From the NCBI GenBank assembly GCA_943788175.1, contig CALSPG010000005.1, positions 32,001 to 96,000 of the forward strand: a DNA stretch of 64,000 nucleotides. Direction: 5' to 3'. Positions within the stretch are counted from its first letter, which is position 1. Each line of letters starts with the position of its first letter. This DNA comes from an uncultured bacterium. GTDB taxonomy: Bacteria; Fidelibacterota; Marinisomatia; Marinisomatales; UBA1611. The notes beneath the pieces were generated by a model. That model searched no databases. It was not told the DNA's origin and saw nothing but the letters and a program-made list of their open reading frames with translations. Shown piece by piece: positions 44,512-53,668 of this stretch. The position numbers were made by a program, and so were the translations under genes.

Positions 44512-45387
44512 TTGAATTCTCCTCAAAAAGTAACTAATAAAACGTGGCGAATAATCGATGTAATTAACTGGGGTGTAAAATACTTTCAAGAAAAGTCCTT
44601 TGAAAATCCAAGATTAGAGATAGAAATATTTTTACAGCACATTTTGGGGTATAAGAAAATAGATTTATATATAAATTTCGAAGAGGGAATTTCCAAAAAA
44701 AATCTTAAACAACTAAAGGAACTGGTAAAGAGGCGAGTTAAAAATGAGCCAATTCAATATATTACTGGTGTTTCAAATTTTTATGGTAGAAACTTTAATG
44801 TTAGTAAAAGTGTTTTAATCCCTCGTCCTGAAACAGAAATACTTATTAATGTATCTATAGATTATCTTTCATCAAAAAAAAACCCTTTAATAATTGATGT
44901 AGGTACTGGATCTGGCTGTATTGGTATTACTTTAGCAAAAGAATTGCCTTCATCTAATGTAATCGCGATAGATTCTTCGCAACAAGCACTTAATATTGCA
45001 AAAAAAAATTCTGAATTAATTGGTGTTGAAAATATAAAATTTATAAAACTAGATTTTTTATCTAAAAACCTTAGTTATGTAGCAGATGCTATAGTTTCTA
45101 ACCCGCCTTATATTCCTCAAAAAGATGTTCAATTTCTAATGAAGGACGTAAGAGAATTCGAGCCCCATAAAGCTCTCACTGACAATGCTGATGGATTAGA
45201 GTTTTATAGGGTTTTTGCAATTAAGCTTGATGTTATTCTCGAAAAAAGTGGCGCGTTAATTATCGAAGTAGGGCGAGGGCATCATCCAGAGGAGGTAAAA
45301 AAAATATTTAAAGGGTTTGGATACAATAATATTGAAATGATAGATGATTATAATAAAGATGTAAGGGTTTTAAAAATAATTAAATAA
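44512..45387 (+). CDS. prmC: Release factor glutamine methyltransferase
   Basis: LIPRPETE, DVGTGSGCI and SNPPY motifs; follows prfA. Confidence 0.95.
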   Translation: MNSPQKVTNKTWRIIDVINWGVKYFQEKSFENPRLEIEIFLQHILGYKKIDLYINFEEGISKKNLKQLKELVKRRVKNEPIQYITGVSNFYGRNFNVSKSVLIPRPETEILINVSIDYLSSKKNPLIIDVGTGSGCIGITLAKELPSSNVIAIDSSQQALNIAKKNSELIGVENIKFIKLDFLSKNLSYVADAIVSNPPYIPQKDVQFLMKDVREFEPHKALTDNADGLEFYRVFAIKLDVILEKSGALIIEVGRGHHPEEVKKIFKGFGYNNIEMIDDYNKDVRVLKIIK

Positions 45388-46226
45388 TGGGGAAAGTAGT
45401 TCCATATATAAAGATTGTTAGACCTTTGAATGTTATTTCAGGTGCCATAGCTATTGTGTTTTCAGCTCTCATTGTTGAATATCAAGGGCCAATTGAGTTA
45501 GTTCTATTGCCTGTGTTCGTTGTCGTTTTTTTTACAATAGGAGCAAACGTTCTGAACGATTATTATGATTTTGAAGTTGATAAAATTAATAGACCAGACA
45601 GAGCAATTATAACTGGAGAAGTGCCAAGAGTACATGCTTTATATATTTCAATTTTTTCGTTCATTATTGGAATATTAATAGCACTTCAATTGAACCAATT
45701 ATCTCAACTTATTTCGATTGGTATCTCTTTCCCGTTGTTAGTTCTTTATAACGCGAAGCTTAAAAATTATCCACTCATTGGGAATCTCGTTGTCGCTTTT
45801 ATTTTGGGTCTTTCTTTTATATACGCAGGGTCTGTATTTAATAACATTGAGCCTCTGATGGTCCCTGCCTTATTAGCCTTTGGACTAACTCTTATTAGAG
45901 AAATTGTAAAAGACATTGCAGATATAGAGGGTGATCAAGCTATTAACTCTAAAACTCTTCCTATTGTTCTGGGTAAGATCAAATCAATAAAACTATGCGC
46001 TTTTCTTTCACTAATCTTAGGCATTTGTGCTTTTATGTTGTTTGTAATTGGATATTATAATTTTTATTATGGTTTATTCCTTATCATGACTGTTGAGATT
46101 CCATTAGCAGTGGTTGTAATTTCTTTAATAAATAAACCGACTATAGAGACAGCTAAAAGAGGGGCAAAATTATTAAAAATTTGTACCCTTGGAGGTTTAT
46201 TTTCCATTTACATAGGGACAATATAA
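45387..46226 (+). CDS. UbiA-family prenyltransferase, DGGGP synthase-like
   Basis: RPLN, NDYYDFEVDKINRPDR, LK..PLIGN and REIVKDIADIEGD motifs. Confidence 0.8.
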   Translation: MGKVVPYIKIVRPLNVISGAIAIVFSALIVEYQGPIELVLLPVFVVVFFTIGANVLNDYYDFEVDKINRPDRAIITGEVPRVHALYISIFSFIIGILIALQLNQLSQLISIGISFPLLVLYNAKLKNYPLIGNLVVAFILGLSFIYAGSVFNNIEPLMVPALLAFGLTLIREIVKDIADIEGDQAINSKTLPIVLGKIKSIKLCAFLSLILGICAFMLFVIGYYNFYYGLFLIMTVEIPLAVVVISLINKPTIETAKRGAKLLKICTLGGLFSIYIGTI

Positions 46227-49200
46227 TGACTTCAGAGTTTGTACATCTTCATAATCATTCTGACTATAGCCTCCTTGATGGTGCTCAGCAAGTGCAGCAG
46301 CTAGTAAACACTATAGATGATTTAAACATGGATAGTTTGGCTCTTACTGAACATGGTAATATGTTTAGTGTTGTCCCTTTTTATCAAAAAGCAAAAAAGG
46401 CAGGAATCAGTCCAATTATTGGTTGCGAAACCTATGTGGCCGTTGGTAGTAGACACGATAAGAAACTACAACCAGGCGGTGGATGGGGTAATAACCATTT
46501 AATATTACTAGTTCAAAATCAAATAGGTTATGAAAACCTTATGAAATTGGTAACAGCTGGATATCTTGAGGGCTTTTATTATCGTCCTCGAATTGATATG
46601 GATCTCTTAGAAAAACATAGCGAAGGACTGGTCTGTCTATCTGGGTGTTTGAAAGGTGAAATTCCAGAAAAAATGTTAAATGGTGATTACAATGGTGCAA
46701 GAGATGCAGCCTTAAAATATTCAGAGATATTTTCTGATCGTTTTTATTTAGAGGTTCAAAATCATGGAATTCCAGAAGAAATAGCCAATATTGAAAATAT
46801 GAAAAAATTAGCTCATGATCTTTCTCTGCCACTTGTTTGTACTAACGATGCTCATTATTCTAAGAAAGAGCATTCAGAGGCGCATGACATTCATATATGT
46901 CTCGGTACTGGGAAAAATAGAGATGACCCTAACAGGTTAAGGTACGCAACACCAGAATTTTATTTTAAGACACAAGATGAAATGCATAAACTTTTCAAAG
47001 ATGTTCCAGGTGCAATCGAGAACACTAGAAAAATTGAAGAGAGCATAGATTTTAAAATCACTACAGGTGTTTACCACTTACCTAATTTCCCAATTCCTGA
47101 ACACGAAAGTGATCCTGACCCAGATATTTATTTGAAAAAATTAGTCGTCAGCGGCGTAGAAAAACTTTACGCAGATATTACACCAAAGATTAATGATTTG
47201 ATAGATCATGAACTAAACGTCATCAAAAACATGGGTTTTGCTGGTTATTTTTTAATTACGGCTGATTTTGTGCAGTATGCCAAGAATAAAAAAATCCCCG
47301 TTGGTCCAGGTAGAGGATCAGCAGCAGGGAGCTTAGTTTCCTACGCTCTAGGTATCACTGATATAGATCCAATCAAACATAATTTATTATTTGAGCGATT
47401 TCTAAATCCTGATAGGATTAGTATGCCTGATATTGATATTGATTTTTGCATTGAAAGAAGAGGAGAGGTAATTGATTATATTAAAAATCAATATGGTGAA
47501 AGATCTGTATCTCAAATAATTACTTTTGGTTCAATGAAAGCAAAACAAGTAATCAGAGATGTCGGAAGAGTAATGGGTTACACTTTCAGTGAAGTTGATC
47601 GTTTAGCTAAAGCAATTCCCGATGAATTAAATATAACATTAGAAAGTGCAATTAAAAAAAGTCCTGAATTCAGAAAAATGTCTGAAAATGAGTTTAAGGA
47701 ATTAATTGAACACTCGCTAATTCTTGAAGGAATGAATAGACATGCTTCAATTCATGCTGCTGGAGTCGTAATTGCACCAGGTGATTTGACAAATTATGTA
47801 CCGCTTTACAAGTCTTCCTCTGGTGATGTTACAACACAATATGATATGAAAGGATTAGAAGACTTAGGCCTCCTCAAATTAGATTTTTTAGGGCTTCGAA
47901 ATTTAACTGTAATTAATAAAGCGCTTGATTTGATTGAGTTAAAAGGTGATCGAATTGAAATCGAAAAAGTTTCTATGGAAGAGCCCGAAGTTTATAAATT
48001 ATTTGCAAATGGATTAACGATTGGTGTTTTTCAATTTGAATCATCTGGCATGCGTGAATTTTTAAAGAAGTTGAAACCCACCGCTATTGGTGATTTGATT
48101 GCGATGAATGCTCTTTACAGGCCTGGGCCAATGAATAACATTGACAATTTTATCTCTAGGAAACAGGGTAATAAAAAAATAGAGTACCCTCACCCCTCTT
48201 TGGTCCCAATATTAGAAGAAACTTATGGTATCATTGTTTATCAAGAACAGGTTATGCAGATAGCGCACGACATTGCTGGGTTTTCATTATCTGAGGCAGA
48301 TATTATGAGGCGTGCGATGGGTAAAAAAGATAAAAAATTAATGGATGAACTTTCATTAAAGTTTGTATCAGGAGCTCAGAAAAATGAAATTTCTAAAAAG
48401 AAAGCTGAGGAGATATATGCTTTAATAGAAAAATTTGCGCAATATGGTTTCAATAAAAGTCATTCAACTGCTTATGCTTATATAGCATATCAAACGGCAT
48501 GGTTAAAAACATATCATGCTCCAGAGTTTATGTCTGCTAACCTAACCAGTGAAATGTCTACCATAGATAGAATTGTTACGTTAATTAACGAATGTAAAAA
48601 GTTAAAAATTGAAGTTAAATCTCCAGATGTTAATGTATCTTATACACAATTTTTCCCAGTTGATGAGAATACTATCTCATATGGACTCAATGCAATCAAA
48701 AATGTTGGTGAAAAAGCATTACAAAGTATCATTGAAAATCGAGAAGAGGAGGGCTCTTTTAAATCTATATTTGATTTTTGTTCGAGGATTGATCAACAAA
48801 AAGTTAATAAACGAGTATTAGAAAGCTTGATTAAATCTGGGGCAATGGACTCATTGTCTGGAACTAGAGCACAGAATTTTGATGCAGTGGATACTGCAAT
48901 TAAATATGGTCAGCAGCTTCAAAACGCAGGCAACAAAAACCAAGTGGACCTTTTTTCTACGGGAGAGAATCAAAGCTCGCTCATTAAAGTTCCAGATTTA
49001 AAAGATATTGAGGATTGGAATGAAAAAAAATCACTAACTCATGAAAAAGAAGTATTGGGGATGTATGTATCAGGGCATCCTTTGTTAGAACATGCTGATG
49101 ATGTTGAAGAATTTACATCTGTAGACTTTTCAGATAGTCTCACGCTTAAAAAAAATGAAATTGTTACTGTAGGTGGTATGGTAACAAAAATAACAAAAAA

Positions 49201-49666
49201 ATATGATAGGCGAAATCGTGCCATGGCATTTTTTGAAATGGATTGTTTTGGTGGGAATGTAGAGGTAATTGCATTTTCAGATTGTTTCGAACAATATGAA
49301 GATTTAATTGAAGAAGATGCAGTTATATTTATTAATGGAAAAATGGCGGATGACACTAACTTTTCTGATTTAAAAGTAATGGCAGACACAATAGTCTCCG
49401 TTGAAAACGCCAGAGAATATTTCTCTAGAAAACTGGTAATTAATCTTAAATCTCAAAATATTTCGCCAGAAGATGTTGAAGACCTTTATGAGTTCTCTAA
49501 GAGGTTCCCAGGAGAATGCAATTTACTTTTTCATTTGTCAAATCCAAATCCTGCTATTAGTAAACCAGTAACTGTATTAGCCCATAATATTAAAGTGTCT
49601 ACAGATAAAAATTTTATTAGACAGTTACGTGATAAATACGGAAAAGAAAATATTCGAGTAGAATGA
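46226..49666 (+). CDS. dnaE: DNA polymerase III alpha subunit
   Basis: Likely start ATG 46226 (MTSEFVHLHNHSDYSLLDG); GRGSAAGS, PDIDIDF and YGFNKSHS motifs; no intein seen. Confidence 0.98.
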   Translation: MTSEFVHLHNHSDYSLLDGAQQVQQLVNTIDDLNMDSLALTEHGNMFSVVPFYQKAKKAGISPIIGCETYVAVGSRHDKKLQPGGGWGNNHLILLVQNQIGYENLMKLVTAGYLEGFYYRPRIDMDLLEKHSEGLVCLSGCLKGEIPEKMLNGDYNGARDAALKYSEIFSDRFYLEVQNHGIPEEIANIENMKKLAHDLSLPLVCTNDAHYSKKEHSEAHDIHICLGTGKNRDDPNRLRYATPEFYFKTQDEMHKLFKDVPGAIENTRKIEESIDFKITTGVYHLPNFPIPEHESDPDPDIYLKKLVVSGVEKLYADITPKINDLIDHELNVIKNMGFAGYFLITADFVQYAKNKKIPVGPGRGSAAGSLVSYALGITDIDPIKHNLLFERFLNPDRISMPDIDIDFCIERRGEVIDYIKNQYGERSVSQIITFGSMKAKQVIRDVGRVMGYTFSEVDRLAKAIPDELNITLESAIKKSPEFRKMSENEFKELIEHSLILEGMNRHASIHAAGVVIAPGDLTNYVPLYKSSSGDVTTQYDMKGLEDLGLLKLDFLGLRNLTVINKALDLIELKGDRIEIEKVSMEEPEVYKLFANGLTIGVFQFESSGMREFLKKLKPTAIGDLIAMNALYRPGPMNNIDNFISRKQGNKKIEYPHPSLVPILEETYGIIVYQEQVMQIAHDIAGFSLSEADIMRRAMGKKDKKLMDELSLKFVSGAQKNEISKKKAEEIYALIEKFAQYGFNKSHSTAYAYIAYQTAWLKTYHAPEFMSANLTSEMSTIDRIVTLINECKKLKIEVKSPDVNVSYTQFFPVDENTISYGLNAIKNVGEKALQSIIENREEEGSFKSIFDFCSRIDQQKVNKRVLESLIKSGAMDSLSGTRAQNFDAVDTAIKYGQQLQNAGNKNQVDLFSTGENQSSLIKVPDLKDIEDWNEKKSLTHEKEVLGMYVSGHPLLEHADDVEEFTSVDFSDSLTLKKNEIVTVGGMVTKITKKYDRRNRAMAFFEMDCFGGNVEVIAFSDCFEQYEDLIEEDAVIFINGKMADDTNFSDLKVMADTIVSVENAREYFSRKLVINLKSQNISPEDVEDLYEFSKRFPGECNLLFHLSNPNPAISKPVTVLAHNIKVSTDKNFIRQLRDKYGKENIRVE

Positions 49667-50109
49667 TTATTGTCGCACAAAGATGCTCAAGTGCAAAAGT
49701 TTTGATAAATAAGAAGATTTTTTCAGAGATTCAATCCGGATTATTACTGCTCGTAGGGGTAGAAAAAGATGATGATCAAAAAGATATTTTTAAGGTAGTT
49801 GATAAGATAGTAAACCTTAGGGTCTTTGAAAATGATGAGGGTAAAATGAATTTATCAGTTTTAGATATAGCTGGTTCTATATTAGCTGTTAGTCAGTTTA
49901 CTCTTTGCGCAAATGTTAAAAAAGGGCGACGCCCTAGTTTTGCAAATGCAGAATCCCCTGATATAAGTCTTGATTTGTATAAAAAATTAACAAATGAATT
50001 TCGTTCAAAAGGGGTCAGAACATTGGAAGGCCTTTTTGGAGAGACAATGAATGTTGAATTAAACAATGATGGCCCAGCAACGTTTATTATTAATTCAAAT
50101 AAATTATAA
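49663..50109 (+). CDS. dtd: D-aminoacyl-tRNA deacylase
   Basis: QR, SQFTL, GRRPSF and NDGP motifs. Confidence 0.93.
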   Translation: MIIVAQRCSSAKVLINKKIFSEIQSGLLLLVGVEKDDDQKDIFKVVDKIVNLRVFENDEGKMNLSVLDIAGSILAVSQFTLCANVKKGRRPSFANAESPDISLDLYKKLTNEFRSKGVRTLEGLFGETMNVELNNDGPATFIINSNKL

Positions 50110-50166
50110 ATTTTTAATTACTAATAATTATGAACTAATATCAAGGATAATTAATTTATTAGAAAT

Positions 50167-50571
50167 ATGAAAAGAAAAATAAGAATTGTGATGGCAAAGC
50201 CTGGCTTAGATGGCCATGATAGAGGTATTAAAGTATTAGCGGCTGCATATAGAGATGCAGGTATGGAAGTTATTTATTTGGGATTAAGACAGACTCCAGA
50301 AATGATAGTTTCTGCAGCTCTTCAAGAAGATGCAGATGTTATAGCATTGTCAAGTCTTAATAATGCACACAACACAATATTCCCTCGTATTATAGAATTA
50401 ATGGCAGTGAAGCAGTTGGATAGTGTTTTATTAATTGGGGGTGGAATAATACCTAAAAAAGATATTGAGGTCCTTGAAAGTTCGGGAGTGGGTAAATTGT
50501 ACGGGCCAGGGACCCCAGTAAAAGAAACAATTGAGTTTATAACAAATTGGGTAAAAAAAAATAGGCGATAA
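50167..50571 (+). CDS. Cobalamin-binding subunit of a methylmalonyl-CoA-mutase-family enzyme
   Basis: [10 protein letters not shown] (DxHxxG), [13 protein letters not shown] and GGGIIP motifs. Confidence 0.9.
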   Translation: MKRKIRIVMAKPGLDGHDRGIKVLAAAYRDAGMEVIYLGLRQTPEMIVSAALQEDADVIALSSLNNAHNTIFPRIIELMAVKQLDSVLLIGGGIIPKKDIEVLESSGVGKLYGPGTPVKETIEFITNWVKKNRR

Positions 50572-50572
50572 A

Positions 50573-51265
50573 ATGGATCTAAAAAACCAGATAGAACTTG
50601 AATTATATTTTGCTGATCATTTTGATACAATATTATTTCCTGTTTTAGCTGATATCTATTTAAATCAAGAAGATTACAGAAGAGCTAGAAAAGTTTGCAA
50701 TATTGGCCTTGGTTATCATGAAAACGACTCTGCAGGCAGATTCGTTCTCGCTAAGATTGAAAAAGCTGAAGGGAATTTAAAAGACGCTGAAAAAGAATTG
50801 AAGCATGCTATCAAATATAGTCCAGACCACATAGATGCAGCCATTATGTATTGTGAAATCCAAACCGTATTAGGAAGGTCTCCTTCTCGCTTGCTCACTT
50901 CTTGGAAAAAAGTTTTTTTGTTAGACCCCTCAAATCAAACTGCAAGAGAATTCATTGAAAAAGTAGAATCATCGAACAAAGAAAACAGTAAAGCTAAACC
51001 TCAAGCAAAAAAGAAGATAAAAAAAACAAACGCGTCGAAGACAAAAAAGAAAGTAGAAGAGTCAACTGATTCTTTAAATGTTAGTGTTAGGCTGGCAACT
51101 TTTACGTTAGTAAATGTTTTAAAAAATCAGGCCTTGTTTTATCAGGCCCTTGAAGTTTTAGATCTTTTAGAACAAAAAGGAGAAGACCCTGATATGATTC
51201 GTTTAGAGAGAAACTCCGTAAAAGCATTAATTAAAACATCTGAAAAAGAGAATAAAAAATCATGA
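50573..51265 (+). CDS. TPR-containing hypothetical protein
   Basis: TPR-like helices, Lys-rich linker, C-terminal TL..VL.NQ.L...AL helix. Confidence 0.65.
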   Translation: MDLKNQIELELYFADHFDTILFPVLADIYLNQEDYRRARKVCNIGLGYHENDSAGRFVLAKIEKAEGNLKDAEKELKHAIKYSPDHIDAAIMYCEIQTVLGRSPSRLLTSWKKVFLLDPSNQTAREFIEKVESSNKENSKAKPQAKKKIKKTNASKTKKKVEESTDSLNVSVRLATFTLVNVLKNQALFYQALEVLDLLEQKGEDPDMIRLERNSVKALIKTSEKENKKS

Positions 51266-52344
51266 CTGAAAAAATATACTATAAAAGACAAGAAAAATTA
51301 AGAAGCGTTCTATCAGAACACAGCTTAGATGGATTATTAATAACTAATCTTACAAATATTAGATATATATGTGGATTTACTGGATCGGCGGGAACCTGTT
51401 TAGTGACAGATAAAGGGCAATATTTTATTACAGATGGCAGATACATAGAGCAATCAAAAGAGCAGGTGAAAGGTTTTGACCGTTATATTGATATGGACTC
51501 TCATTTTTCAATTATCAAAAAAAATAATTTATTAGATTCAAATTTGAAAATTGCTTTTGAAGCAGATCATGTAAACTTTACACTTTATGATTCTATGAAA
51601 AAAATATTTAATGGAGTTGACTGGGTTAGTACCCAAATGATTGTTGAAGAGCTTGCTTCTGTGAAAGACAAGACTGAAATAGATGCTTTTAGGGTAGCGG
51701 TTGAAATTACTGACAAAGTATATGAAGAAATTCTTCCAATGCTTCGTCCAGGTTTTACTGAAAAACAGGTCGCAAATACTTTAGTGTCAAAATATAGAGA
51801 GTACGGTGATGGTGAAGCTTATTCTCCTATTGTAGCCACCGGCCCAAATGGTGCATTGCCGCATGCAATCCCAACAGACAGGGAATTCAAAAAAGGTGAC
51901 TTCATTGTAATCGATGCGGCTGCAAAATATGCGGGATATCACGCAGATATGACTCGCACTCCTGTAGTTGGAGAGGCGACAGATAAGCACCGTGAAGTTT
52001 ATGCTATTGTAAAAGAAGCGCAAAAGAGGGGGTGTGAAATTGCAAAAGCAGGCGTTCCTTGCCAAGAGGTTGATGCAGCAACCAGAGATTACATACATGA
52101 AATGGGTTATGGAGAATATTATACACATGGAACTGGTCACGGCTTAGGACTGGAAATACATACTTCTCCGCGCTTTTCTCCGACAAGTAAAGAGGTACTT
52201 AAAGAGAATAATGTCATGACAATTGAGCCGGGTATATACATTGCTGGTTGGGGTGGCGTTAGAATTGAAGATGATGTTATTATTAATCAAAATGATTGCG
52301 AAATTCTTAATAAAACGACTAAAGATTTAGTTGTCTTGGACTAA
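51262..52344 (+). CDS. Xaa-Pro aminopeptidase (M24B)
   Basis: TDGRY, ALPH, DMTRT, HGTGHGLGLEIH, TIEPG and GVRIEDD motifs. Confidence 0.93.
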   Translation: MTEKIYYKRQEKLRSVLSEHSLDGLLITNLTNIRYICGFTGSAGTCLVTDKGQYFITDGRYIEQSKEQVKGFDRYIDMDSHFSIIKKNNLLDSNLKIAFEADHVNFTLYDSMKKIFNGVDWVSTQMIVEELASVKDKTEIDAFRVAVEITDKVYEEILPMLRPGFTEKQVANTLVSKYREYGDGEAYSPIVATGPNGALPHAIPTDREFKKGDFIVIDAAAKYAGYHADMTRTPVVGEATDKHREVYAIVKEAQKRGCEIAKAGVPCQEVDAATRDYIHEMGYGEYYTHGTGHGLGLEIHTSPRFSPTSKEVLKENNVMTIEPGIYIAGWGGVRIEDDVIINQNDCEILNKTTKDLVVLD

Positions 52345-52406
52345 CTATAGTTTGGGTTTTATATAAGGATGTTTTGATTATTATTGTATAATTAAAATAT
52401 AATATA

Positions 52407-53048
52407 ATGACAACTAATGTTACTCTTGGAAAAGAGGTTATGATTGATGGTATCAAAAAACTGTCATCCAATGATATAAGGTTAAAAACTTTTTTACAAA
52501 AATTTAGAGTACCTGTTTTACCAATCGAAAAAAATTACTTCTGGTCTCTTTGTAGGTCTGTCATCTATCAACAAATAAGTGGAAAGGCAGCGAAAAAAAT
52601 ATCTGATAGATATCTTTCTTTATTTGATCAAGATGTAAAAATGACACCTGCCGACGTATTGGATATTGATATTGAAAAAATAAATAATGTCGGTATATCA
52701 AGGCAAAAATCTAGTTACATAAAAAATATAGCAGATGCTTTTAGTAATAAGATTATTAATGAGAAAAATATTTCTGAATTAGATGATCAAGAAATCATTA
52801 AGCAATTGACCAGTATTAAAGGAGTGGGCAGATGGACAGCAGAAATGTTTCTAATTTTTACGCTCAGGAGAACAGATGTGTTCCCAGTAACTGATTTGGG
52901 AGTACAAAAAGGGTTTCAAATATTTTATTCTTTAGATGAATTGCCAACGATAGAAATGATGAATCAAAAATCTGAATCATGGAGACCATATAGGACGATA
53001 ATGTCCTTGTATCTTTGGTATGCTGTTGAGGGCCCTTTCGAGTGGTAG
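52407..53048 (+). CDS. alkA: DNA-3-methyladenine glycosylase II family (HhH-GPD)
   Basis: QQISGKAA, IKGVGRWTAEM, D.FP..D and WRPYR motifs. Confidence 0.85.
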   Translation: MTTNVTLGKEVMIDGIKKLSSNDIRLKTFLQKFRVPVLPIEKNYFWSLCRSVIYQQISGKAAKKISDRYLSLFDQDVKMTPADVLDIDIEKINNVGISRQKSSYIKNIADAFSNKIINEKNISELDDQEIIKQLTSIKGVGRWTAEMFLIFTLRRTDVFPVTDLGVQKGFQIFYSLDELPTIEMMNQKSESWRPYRTIMSLYLWYAVEGPFEW

Positions 53049-53668
53049 TAGATAACAAAAATATTAAAGTAATTTTTTTCGATATAGGTGGAGTATTGCT
53101 TGAGATACACCCTGATAAAATGTTCCATTACATATCAAATATAACAGGTATTCATTTTGAAAAGGTCAAGTCTTCCTTTCCAGAAAAAAGTCACGATATC
53201 TATGAAAAAGGTCAAATGACCAATAAGGAATGGTTCCAGGTTTTCAAAATTGCCTTATCTAATAATTCATATTTAACAGAAAATAAGTTTTGGGATGCAT
53301 GGGCAATGATTCTTGGAAAAGAGACAAAAGTGATAGATGTGTTATTGGATTTAAAAAAATATTATAAAGTTTGGCTCCTCTCAAATACAAATCCAAAGCA
53401 TATAAGTGATGAGCTTGATAATAAATATGTATTCCCACATTTGGTTGATGGAACTATTTATTCATACAAAGTTGGGCTAAGAAAACCAGATAAAGAAATT
53501 TATTTAAAAGCGTGTGAACTCGCTGAAGTAGAACCAAAAGAAAGTATTTTTATTGACGATTTATCTGAAAATATTTATGGCGCAAAAAAAGTTGGATTGA
53601 AGGGTATTCATTACAAAAGTGTTTCGAATCTTAAAAGCGAATTAAAATTATTAGGGATAGTTGAATGA
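53042..53668 (+). CDS. HAD-family phosphatase
   Basis: FFDIGGV, LSNTN, RKPD and FIDD motifs. Confidence 0.88.
   Translation: MVVDNKNIKVIFFDIGGVLLEIHPDKMFHYISNITGIHFEKVKSSFPEKSHDIYEKGQMTNKEWFQVFKIALSNNSYLTENKFWDAWAMILGKETKVIDVLLDLKKYYKVWLLSNTNPKHISDELDNKYVFPHLVDGTIYSYKVGLRKPDKEIYLKACELAEVEPKESIFIDDLSENIYGAKKVGLKGIHYKSVSNLKSELKLLGIVE

Noticed and set aside
46226-49666. Intein or split in dnaE
   Set aside because: Length and motif spacing are normal; no intein-like insertion seen.
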